Source: Macrostomum lignano
Lineage: Eukaryota
Direction of reading: 5' to 3'
DNA: 64,000 bases
Assembly: GCA_002269645.1 (NCBI GenBank)
Contig: NIVC01002543.1
Location: forward strand, 99,290-163,289
Shown: positions 53,477 to 64,000 of the stretch, one piece after another
How positions within the stretch are numbered: the stretch's first letter is position 1
How the letters are laid out: every line of letters starts with the position of its first letter
Position numbers and translations under genes: made by a program
Notes under the pieces: model-generated
The model's database searches: none
The model's input: only the letters and a program-made list of their open reading frames with translations
Told to the model about the DNA's origin: nothing

Positions 53477-56400
53477 TCGCATATACGGATTGGCAAATGC
53501 AAATTAGACTGGCACAAATGGAACGACAGACCTTTAAATATACGAGTAGGAAGTAGTGAGTACAGCTGAGCACTGATAGAAACAGAGGTTGCTAATGCGA
53601 GCTGGCTGGTAGAAATGCGAGTAAAAAATGGCCTTTCTAAAAGGGGTCAAGACTCCGCGCCACATCCGCGCCGTCTGAAGCCTCCCCCCCCGGGGGCTGC
53701 GAATTTATTGATACAAGGCGACTCGAGCATATGAGGGGACCGCCTTGTCAGTCTGTTTATCTCCCGCGGCCAAAAACCGAAACCCCACTTCGGCATATAG
53801 CTCGTATAGCTTATATTCGCGCGATTGGTTGCCAGGCCTGTCCTGGAAATGCGATACATGTTTATGAGACTAGAATTGTGTTATACGACTCAATTTCCGT
53901 TTGGTAGTGCAACGATTGTTTTTTCGGCGACGACCATTTTGACAGCTCAGTAGATGCGGATATTAACACACTTAAGTGTCTATTGAGCAATGAGCGGTTT
54001 TATTCTCTAGCTCACTGGCACAAGCGCGCAGGCTCTGGACTGGCAAAAAGGTAAACGTTGGCATAAACGCCGCACCGGCGCTGTCAATCTTTGGCACAAG
54101 CGCGCAGGCAAATGACGGCAGCCAGAGTCAGCAGTGCTCATTATCGCAACACATTTATTTGCTCAATTCCCCGAAGCGCTTCACTGCGCTCACTCAGCAG
54201 GAGTCTTCTCTGGCAATACCGCTGACGTTTCCGTTTGCTTGTGCCAGGACTGGTGCTCATGAGGCTTTAGAACAATTTAAGATACAATTTTAACAAGTGA
54301 TCAACTGCATTACACACTACGTGGCTTCGTACATGTATTAATTAAAGTTGGCAAGCATTTTTGGACACATCGAGAGGAACAGGTAGACCGGGTCACCTCG
54401 GTTTGAACGAGATGTTTTCGCCAGTTCCACATTTGCTAAGCACTGCAGCGGACAAATGCGAAGAAAGCCATGCAAAGCCTATAACTAGGTTTGTTGCTGC
54501 TCAGTAATGCAGCAACGAATTTTTTAAGTTAATAGTTAAGTTAATGATTTTTTTAACTTGTGCAGGGCTGCGCAAATAAACTCGTTTTAAGGTTTCCATC
54601 AAATTCAAACTTCCCACCGCTTCGTCCCCCCTCCCCCTTCCATTCTACTCTTGCAAAGAAGAGTAGAAGACTGACAGAAGGCTTCTTGTGCTCCAGGAGT
54701 GTATTGCTCATGCATGCGCAAGTTTTTTTGCACACTGAGCCCGGAGCATTGCCTAACTGTCCCGCACAACCGGTTCAGCAAGCACACTGCAGCTTACTCC
54801 GCAAGGCCTTTCTTTGTTCATTATTGTCTGAACAGTACTCCGACAGGCGAATATCAAAATTTCAGGCCAGGCCACACGGCAAGGCCTGCTGCTGATGCTG
54901 TCTGGTGGGCACAAACAGAAGAAAATAGAACAGAAGAAGATAAGTCAATAATAGATCCCAGCATGGCTGCATCAATGTTTGCCAACACTTCTGTAGAGGC
55001 CTTCGCATCGCAGAGCTTAATACACAAGATAATTGCTTTCAGAATTTTCAAGGTATTGTACTGGTATGGGAGCACTTGAAGGACCTCACAATGAGCCAGT
55101 TGTCAACTGGAAGAGCAGCAAAGCTGGATGGCCAAGTCAATAATATTCTCATTTTTCTCATTCTACTCGGTGTTGACTGTACAAGCCCGCGGCCACTTGC
55201 AGAGCGGTCCGATTCAATTGACTTCGATTTTCTCCTCAGATGCGCGACAGCCTCGCCATCAATCCGCGAGCAGCCAAACTTTTGCTCTGTGGCGGCCTCA
55301 TTTCTCCCCATCACTCTTCCACTATGCTTGCCTGTCACTTCATCATGACGACTTAGCGGGTCAACTCCATTTTTCCACTTTCATATTGCGGCCTGTTTTC
55401 TCTACCGATTCAGCCAAATTTAATCACTACACTCGGTGCTATAGCGAGCCCTCTTCACCAGCCATCATCAACGACTTGCATATGGCCAATCGATGCTTGA
55501 GAATTGACAGACAGGTCCACCACGGCTACCATGCCGTCAATTGCCGTCACATACACACACGGATAGGAGGAATTGAGTGCCAGGTAAACTACGAGTATGA
55601 ACGCGAATTTTAGATTAAAATTTGTAGCTACTAAATAATTAATTTATTGCAGCAGAATCGATAATCGTGCCCAGTAAAGTTTGACCTTACGAGGAATAGC
55701 GCGACAAAATTCAGTCAATAATCTTCCCCTAGCATTTAGAAGAAAGGCATATAAAGTGATGTCCGCTTAAATAAGCTTAATTGGCGATCTAGCGCTACAT
55801 AATCAGGCAATTTCTCCTTATCCCAAAGGAATAATGCAAAAATGCACAATGCGCAGGACACCAATGCCTAACAAGCAGAATAGAAAGCCAACTAATTGAC
55901 TTTTCGTGTGCAGCCGCGGTGGGTCGAGCAGGAAGAGGAAGAATGAAACCTGGAGCTGGGATATCACTGACACTTGATCTTCAGGGCATCCATGCTGACC
56001 GCCATTCAAAGTTAACGAAGCACGTGACTGATAGTACAATGATAGGAAATTCGTAAACAATCTGAATGAGGCCAGCGGTGTGCTTTGGTGTGCGACAATA
56101 AAGCTGGCTTATTTCTGTTACACTACGACATTTGTTCAGCACATTAAGCTGTAAAGCACTTAACAGCAGAGAGGTGTTTGCGGTAATTCAAGTCTGGGGA
56201 GGCGATAAATCGGATCCAGACTCCTCGTTTGTGGATGATATATTGACGAGTTAAGCCTGGGATCAAAGCAGTGCGCACTCACAGTTAACAGGAACCTCTA
56301 ATCCGCAAGGGCGGGCATAAATTGTAGCAATTATTCAGTGCTGACTTGAATCTGCATGAATTCACGAACCTCTCTCGCAACAGAGACTAACAGCTACTCG

Positions 56401-59400
56401 ACCTGTAGGCACATTATAGAGCGTATGACAAAACTAATGAGCAAGATCGACTGATGATCCTACCTGGCTCACGTATCGAAAAAAGCTTACTGTTAATTCT
56501 TAAATTCTTAGTTAAGTACTTGAAAAGTTTGTACTAGCAGTGCTGGCAATACTTATTGTAAGCCGCTAAGCCACTGCATCCGTGACGCATAGCCTTCACT
56601 CAGACAATCATCAAATTTAATATTTCGTGAAGCTTTGATTTGTCAACTTGAAAAAGTACTTTGCATCTGTTTTCTACCGTTATAGTTTCTTCGAATATAC
56701 GAACTCATCAGAATATATGGCTTGGCAGGATTCAGTAACGATCAATTAGACGATCGAAGGAACAAGAAATGATAGGTTGTCAGCTCTCTTTTTCTGCTTT
56801 ATTTTTTTCGAGAAAGAAAGATAAGCCGATGAGATGGAGGAGGCGAACTTATTTAGCTTTAGGCCACTCGGCAAGGCCGGGAGCCGAGCTGCAGCAGCTG
56901 ATTACTGCAATGCTAATACTTCGGTGCAGTTGCATTAATTAATTTATGGTGCAGGGCGCCAAGATTTTTTAACGGGGAAAGTTTTTTGTCTCATCAGCAT
57001 TGAAAGTTGGTTAAGCTGCTTATGACTAAAAATAACCAGGCTTGACGACGAACAAACGATTTCAAGAACGAACTAGAGCCGGTGGGGCTGCCAGGAAACT
57101 GCAAGCCTACACAATCTTTCATTTTCTCTCTTGCTTGAAGGCTTTAGTCATTCACAGTTGCAAGGGATTTAGTTCCATTACCCACTGACAGCGTGCATTG
57201 GTTAGGATATAATGCATCGAACAGTCTGAAAGGCACACGAATTGACCGAATCGTGTGCCTCACATTGCAGCCAAATGTGAGGGCGCACGAGTCGTATTTT
57301 TCGCTTATCTGTGCGAATGCCGCCGCGGTGCAGTTATTCAGATGGATTGAGGATTTCGAGCGAGGGGACATGTCTTGCGAGGCTGCAGACGCAGCCGGCT
57401 GATACATTCAGCTGTGTGGCGGCATCGCACGCCCTCAGCACATGGCGGCCATGAGGAGAAGCCTTCCCATAGTCGTGTTTACGCGGTGTTTACGCTGCCT
57501 AAACCTCTCCCTATCCTGCTGCCATGCGTAGCGCAAGTCACTACTATCTGGCGATCCAGCGCAGCGTTATATACGGCTGGTGCTGTAGCTCTAGCATCTG
57601 CATTACGAACGTACACTTAATGCAACTCCAGTTGTGCCAGAAGTCTGGCCAATAAAAAAACTATTCCAAACGAAGTATCTAATTCACAGAACCGCACGGA
57701 TTCACATCGATGCCACTAGAAACAGAAACCAACCGAGAAGAGTCCTTCAGAAACAGGCATTCGGCATTGAGAGTTGAAACTCATGTGCAGCGGAGATCGC
57801 CAAAGACCACAAAAAGCCGGGTCAATAAGAATGACAAGCTCCAATTGACCCGACCGGCAGGCAGACACGACTATCCAAGCGGAGCAGGCGAAGGCAGAGA
57901 GAGGCCCGTCTGCTTTAACCAGCCCTGCGGGCGATTCTCGGCGGATCAGCTCTGTGAAAGATTGAATTATCTGACAGACACCACAGGCCGTGAGTAGCTA
58001 TAATATAAGTTCTGTTTCGCTTTAATGCACTTCAGCAGCAGCATCTTTGTGCACACGCGAGCAGCTGCCAATGCACTTTTTAGCTCCGTTGCTTGCTTGC
58101 GCCTGCACAAAAATCATATCCATTCTCGAGTCGCTAGTCTGATTGAATCTATGAACTTCTATGAGTGGTAGAATTACAGGTGTTGATAGAACAGGATAAA
58201 AGGCTTGATGGTGTGTCGATGCTTTTCCTAATATTTTTATTTGAATAAATTATCAAAGCAACGTGATTTTACACAACCGTAGAATTATTATTAAGATAAA
58301 TAACCCAAGCTAATTAGCAATTCATAACTGAGCCCACAGATACTAGAATAATAAGGCAACACAGACTGTGCCTTAAACAAAAGCGTCTGTTACCTGGGCT
58401 ATAATTCAATCCAACACAGATAGATAGATAGATAGGTTCATTGATTGATTGATATGTAGATAGTTTATCTGTCTTCTATCTATCTATTTATCTACATATC
58501 TATCCCCGAACGTAGCTCCCAACGCTTTACTCTCTAATTACTAAATCTAAAATGCAAAGATAATGAGCAAGATAAAACATCACAGTACATGTGCCACTTG
58601 GTGAGTCAAATTGTTGTGAAGAGTGTCCGATTGCAATAGTTAATAGTAGTGTGAAATTTTGTCCAGATCAAAATGCAACAACCTGTTTATTGTAGCTTGA
58701 TGCTTGCTGACTTAAATTATGCATTTTTATGCCCTCGCCTTGCTTTAATAATGGTAATAAAATAGAGATTTTGCATGGCATGACGGTTAATAAATTTTTG
58801 AGCTTGCACTCTAGCCAGAACAAAAAAATGTTTAGACGCACAGTCTGCCTACTTTAGCAAATAAACCTGAAGTAGTCAGATAAGAAAATGCGGGAGCTAA
58901 ATAGGCTGTGTGTTGCAAAATAAAATATAATTAAAAGTATAAACAATAGACGCAGACAAAAACTAGGTACGAAAAAGTTCAGTGAAAGTTTCACCCAAAT
59001 AGCACCAACTAAAATACAGCCGAAAATGCACAGAAGAAAACAATATAGAGAATAGTTGGAGCACATCGGTATTAGAACAGGATTGAAGTTGTTTTCTTTT
59101 ATTAATTTAGGTTTGAGTTTAATGTATATATACATGTATATGTGAGATCATAAATAGGCCAAGTTTAGATGACAGTATGAAGGACAATATAAATACATTG
59201 AACTGCAAGCTCGCAGTAAGCGGTTTCACAAGCTAAACAGACTGTGTATGAAAAATGCAACCCAAATGAACGGAAATGTTCAGCCAAATAAGATTTGAGC
59301 CTAACCCGCTTGGACAGACTGGGAAGATAAAAAATTGGAATATTTACTAAGATAAAGTGAACAAAAGTATTAATAATTTTATAACTAATAATGCACACAA

Positions 59401-59483
59401 GATTGGCAGGTATATAGTAGTAGAATAGAGTAAAATATATTGCAAGCCCAACACAAAGCACCTACTACTTTAAGTAGCTTATA

Positions 59484-62104
59484 TCAATGCTTCTGACTGT
59501 TAACAATCTTGCGCAGATTTGCGCCAGGCGGAGTGTTCCACACGGCGCTGCTGCTCCTTGGCGCCTTCTCAGCGGCCGCTGGGAACACCAGCTTCATTGT
59601 GGCTGCCAGGTCCAAGGTCTCAACTGGTTTGAACACCGACCACCAATGCGGACCGCGGAGGGTCTGCTTAGCGAAGAAGCGGTGCTTATGGTTGCCCTGC
59701 ACCCAGCGAGGCAGCGCGTGCCGCGGCGCGTCCTCGTTATCGGTCTCGGCGTCCGAGTTCAGATCGTCAAGCGGATAGGTCTGCGGCGACGAGCGCGGCG
59801 GCGGGATCAGCTTCTTCTCGTAGGCGGTGGTTGGCACAAACGGCTGCGACACTTTCAGCGCCTCCGACTGCTTCTTCCAGGCTAGCTGGGACTCGCGCTC
59901 CTCAGCTTGCACTGCCGCTACCGCTTCCTCCGCCGCTTTGCGTCTGCGCTCGGCCTCCTCGGCCGCCGCCTTACGCTGCCGTTCCGCTTCCTCCTCTTTC
60001 GCTTTCCGATTTCGTTCAGCTTCTTCAGCTGCTTTTTTCTTTGCCTCTTCAGCAGCAGCCAACCGCTTCCGCTCTGCTTCTTCAGCCGCTCTTTTTCGTT
60101 CCGCTTCTTCCTCTGCCAATTTTCGTGCCGCCGATCGCTTGCGATCCGCCTCCTGCTTTTCGGCCAACTTTCTGCGCTCCTCCTCTTCAGCCGCTTTCTT
60201 TCGCGCTCCGCCTCCTCATTTTTGCGCCGCTGTTCCTCCTGCTTTTTCTGCACTTCCTCGGCTTTGCGCTTCTCCTCGGCCTTGCGGTGCTCCTCCTCAG
60301 CTCGGCGCTTGCGCTCCGTCTCTTCGCGTCGTTTGGCCTCGGCCTGCAGAGTCTGCGCCACCCGGCCAGTCAGTTCAGTCTGCGCCAACTTCTGCGCAGA
60401 CCTAGCCTGAACCTCCTGCTGACGCTTCTGCGCATTCTCCAGAACGCGTTTGCGCTTCTCCTCCTTGTCGCGAGCCTTCTGCGCGCGCAGCTCTTCGGCT
60501 TTCTCGCGGCGCTTGCGCAGGCGCTCCTCTTCGGCGCGCTCCTTCTCTTCTAGGAGGCGCCGGCGCTGTCGCTCCTCTGCGGCATCGTCAGAGGCGCGCG
60601 ATACGGCCGCTCCGCCGCCGGCATCGTGCGGCACCCGAGAGCGCGTCTTGCTACCCTGCGCCTTGCTGGTGGAGGCGGTGCCATACCGACCAGACGATGA
60701 CGATTGCGGAGCCCCGGCGCCTCCGCTACACTGACCGGCGACCGGGGTGCGGCCAACAGCGGCGGCAGCGCAGCCATCGTCAACAGACATTAGAGAGACA
60801 TTGGGGTCCACTAGCTGGCAGCTGACATCCTCTGTCATGTACGACGAGCCGGCTGCTGCCTCCCTATTGACTGCCGGAGTTGAAATCGACGCCTTCTTGG
60901 CGCCTTTTGGCGACGAGGCGGCAGCAGCGGCCCCTACAAAATGCGGAGCGACCAGCGGCGCGTGAAACTGACGTGATACGGCCGTGGCAGCCGGGGTCAT
61001 GCAGGCCGGGGCCCGGTAAGGAGCTGCGCCGGCGGTGCGCTGCTTCTTTTTTTCAGCCTCGGCTGTGCCAACGATGCCGCGGGTGAACGGCGAGGCGGCC
61101 ACGGGAGAGCGAAGCCGCTTTTTGGACGACTCGGCAACTGGAAGGGGGAGAGGAGATGTGGAATGAAAGAAAGATAGCTACTCACCCACTCTACCACTAC
61201 CACAGCAGTCAGCACTGAAGCTACTCACCCACTCTACAACAGCAGTCAGCACTAAAGCTACTCACCCACTCTACCAGCAGCCAGTCAGCACTAAAGCTAC
61301 TCACCCACTGAAACAGCAGCAGTCAGCACTGAAGCTACTCACCCACTGAACCCCAGCAGGCAGTCAGCACTGAAGCTACTCACCCACTGAACCCCAGCAG
61401 GCAGTCAGCACTGAAGCTACTCACCCACTGAACAGCAGCAGTCAGCAATAAGCTACTCACCCACTGAACAGCAGGCAGTCAGCAATAAAGCTACTCACCC
61501 ACTGAACCCAGCAGGCAGTCAGCAATAAAGCTACTCACCCACTGAACCCCAGCAGCAGTCAGCACTGAAGCTACTCACCCACTCTGCCAGCGGCGGCCGG
61601 CCGTCCCCTAGCAGACGTGCTATTAGTAGAAATAGCAGCCGACGCAGCCGCGGCCGCCGCTCGCCCGGTGCGGGTGCTGCGAGCCGGAGCAGCGGAGGCG
61701 GCCGCGACAGCCCGAGTACGCGTGGTCCTGGCGCCAGCGCCAGTAGTGTTAGACGCCGCATTGGCGCCAATAATAGGACTACGCGAGCGCCGTTTTGAAC
61801 TGGCCTGAACGCCGAGCATTTCAACGCTAAGCGGGCCATAAATATTGTCAGCCCCAATAGTAGCCGTGGTCGCTGTTGACAAGTTCGAAGCGGCAGTGGC
61901 GCCGATTCGCTTAGCTTTTTTCTTGGGCTTCGGAGTCTTAGTGGGCAGGGGATTCAAGTTGCGACCCTCAACGAGGCCGGGCATCCGTTCAAATGCCTGC
62001 TCCAGGAAGGCCAACTGCTCGCTATAGAGCTTCTCCGTGGCCTCCTCGGCCTTCAGACGCCATCGGAGAAGTCCCAGACCGGGAAATGTAGGGCAGTTGG
62101 CCAT
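59484..62104 (-). CDS. INCENP: Inner centromere protein (INCENP), exons 62104-61579 and 61137-59484, with one frameshift at 60203/60202; ~726 aa if repaired
   Basis: N-terminal CEN-box-like region ending LPTKTPKPKKKAKR, an E/R/K/A-rich single-alpha-helix region, and IN-box YPLDDLNSDAETDNEDAPRHALPRWVQG...LDL...PRSSSAVWNTPP. Phase-1 splice G|GTGAGT (61578) to TTCCAG|TT (61138/61137). Confidence 0.88.
61170..61590 (-). repeat. 36-43-bp tandem repeat of the INCENP exon-end/5' splice site, 11 copies of AGTGGGTGAGTAG
   Basis: Plus-strand CTACTCACCCACT at 61178, 61221, 61258, 61297, 61335, 61376, 61417, 61453, 61491, 61531 and 61571. Confidence 0.95.
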
Positions 62105-62871
62105 GGCTTTGCTTTGGAGCAGCAATGTGTTAAAAATTATCTATGCTAGACTGCGATGTTCACTTAGTTAGATGGTCAGATTTTTGAAATTTTAGTCTGA
62201 ACTTTAAGACGTGAAAGTAGAATTTGATGGGCTGCAGTCTATATTAGAACTTGGTTGCAACCTATAGTCCTGAGCTGCAGTCTATAAGTACCAAATAAAT
62301 GCATCCTAGAAAAAGCTGGCTTTCTTTCTTTGCCATAGATGCTTGAAGCTTTATGCATCAATGTATCAAGCAATTTAAAAAATTACTATTTGCAAAACTA
62401 AGCCTTGACCACAAAGCATATTTTAGGTATTTTAGATATTTTAGGTACCTAACCATGCATATATAACTGCTAGCCAACCTGGCAAATCCAGCATTGTAAA
62501 TAAAAGCTGACAGAGAAAAAATGCAAAATTGATGAATTTTAGTCCTATTGGAATAAATATTGAAAATCTATAGACACATTTTAGAATCATATATAAGTGA
62601 TTTTTTTTCACTTTAGCATTGTATGAAAAAAATTCCATAGAACTATACCTGTTCTACCTGCAATTAAAAGCTATCAATCAATATAAATATATACTACAGC
62701 ATATCAATGAAGCAACATTGCATTTGTACAAAATCAAGGCCTATAGATAAGTAAAAGTAGAAATCTAAATTTATTATAACCACTTTCAATCCCTATTGGA
62801 ATAAATGTTGAAAACCCACGGACACACGCTTTAGAATAGAGTCAAATTATTTTCCCACGCTTTAGGATTAT

Positions 62872-63202
62872 TAGAGATGTCCCGAAAGAGCAGTTTCCTC
62901 GAAATCAAAATTCGTTAACTTTCCAAACTCAAAATTGAAATTTTCCGAAATCAAAATGCAGAAAAACAAAGTTTAGTATGACCAATACTCACTTTTTACA
63001 TTCAATTTACTGCTTATGCAAAATGAAATACACGTATATGTAGCAGAAATTACTGCTTCTTTAGCGATTTTTTTAGCAATATATTTAGCGATTTTTTAGA
63101 CGCTTCCAAATTTTGACTTCTAATTTTATTCGAAATTGAAATTTACTCCTAATAAAAATTCTAATTTTGGAAAATTCAAATTGAAATTTCGGAACATCTC
63201 TA
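62872..63202. mobile_element. Older hAT-like MITE, ~331 bp
   Basis: TIRs TAGAGATGTCCCGAAA and TTTCGGAACATCTCTA (15/16 complementary). Flanks AGGATTAT and AGCTTTAT match at 6/8, consistent with a decayed 8-bp TSD. Internal repeated GAAAT[C/T][A/G]AAAT words. Confidence 0.65.
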
Positions 63203-64000
63203 AGCTTTATAAATAATAAGTGTATAGGCCCCTTCCACAAAGGTATTAGATGACCCCTTTCCATGCATATGTATTTGCTAGAGCAGCAGCCAGCAAGAAA
63301 AGGCAGCGCGCGCAGGCGCAGAAAAACTTTTGAAATTTAGAAAAATTTCAAAAGTGCGCCGGATGCCGTCCGCGGATTTACAACTTTTTCCTATAGGGCT
63401 TTCAATCAAAAAAGTTGATAAAATTATCTTTTACTTTTTAGGCAATAACAAAAAGCATGACATCTAGTTATCAGGCAAAGATCTAGAAAACTTTTGAGGG
63501 GTGGGGGCAAGCTATACTAGGCACTACAACCCAATATTAGAAAATAGACCTAGCATAGTTGCAGGGAAAAAAAGTATGCCCAACATTTTCTTGGCTGCAG
63601 CTAAGGGGACAGTAATATCAATAATATGATATTCTACTGGTGATAGCATAGTATATAACATACATGCGCAACCTCCAAAATTCAATCGCCGTGCGACTTA
63701 GTTTTAACAAAAACTGCAACGTAGTTTTTGGCCAGAAATGAGACTTGCATGTAAAAAAACCGTAAAGCAAATTAACGCAACTTTGGGTAAACGGCAGGAG
63801 TAACTATAACTGTCTTATTAAGCCAAAATGCCTCGTCAGCTACTTAGTACTACTACTTTGGTGTTTATTGGTGGGTATTTTTTGCAACTTCCTTGTTGGC
63901 CGCCAAATCGGTCAGCCGGATCGGCTGACTCGGCCAACTGTTGCGCATGTATGGTATATAATATCAAGAATTAGACATTCCTTTTGTTTTTTGATATTTG

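Noticed and set aside
55128-55613. 161-aa ORF with a signal-peptide-like N-terminus
   Set aside because: It lacks the GC3 bias of the real genes here, no homology was recognised, and no supported splice partners were found.
56675-56720. Hammerhead-ribozyme-like core on the minus strand (CTGATGA-G-TTCG..CGAA-GAAAC)
   Set aside because: The 11.1 partner of G10.1 is missing and stems I and III do not pair convincingly. An Infernal scan with hammerhead models would settle it.
58418-58505. Fold-back GATATGTAGATA/TATCTACATATC (12-bp stem)
   Set aside because: Largely explained by opposed (GATA)n and (TATC)n microsatellite words.
60190-60230. Programmed -1 ribosomal frameshift in INCENP
   Set aside because: No in-frame X XXY YYZ heptamer. 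Slipping at C AAA AAT meets TGA immediately in the -1 frame.

Overview
Eukaryotic (metazoan) genomic DNA. It has GC-rich exons, GT-AG introns, AT-rich intergenic DNA and a very high load of minisatellites. The style resembles a free-living flatworm such as Macrostomum, which is an inference only. Six genes are supported: an ankyrin-repeat gene (minus strand, runs off the left edge), a complete 8-exon FAM184A/B orthologue, a DEG/ENaC channel, a TEX52-like gene, an intronless FMRFamide-receptor-like class A GPCR, and INCENP (minus strand, with a 1-nt frameshift before the IN-box). Non-genic content includes about a dozen tandem arrays, three tRNA-derived SINE-like families, two hAT-type MITEs and a decayed Gypsy pol remnant. 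The most unusual signals are these. (1) The INCENP intron is an 11-fold tandem amplification of its own exon-end and 5' splice site, giving AG|TGG|GTGAGT units that look like in-frame 3-nt microexons separated by 33-40-nt mini-introns. (2) The Gypsy remnant carries a 1.1-kb internal inversion bounded by 7-bp microhomology, and reversing it restores the reading frame. (3) Six X-box (RFX)-like motifs lie in tandem inside the TEX52 intron. (4) Two minisatellite monomers match dispersed repeats elsewhere in the window. Family assignments come from recalled motifs; no database search was run.
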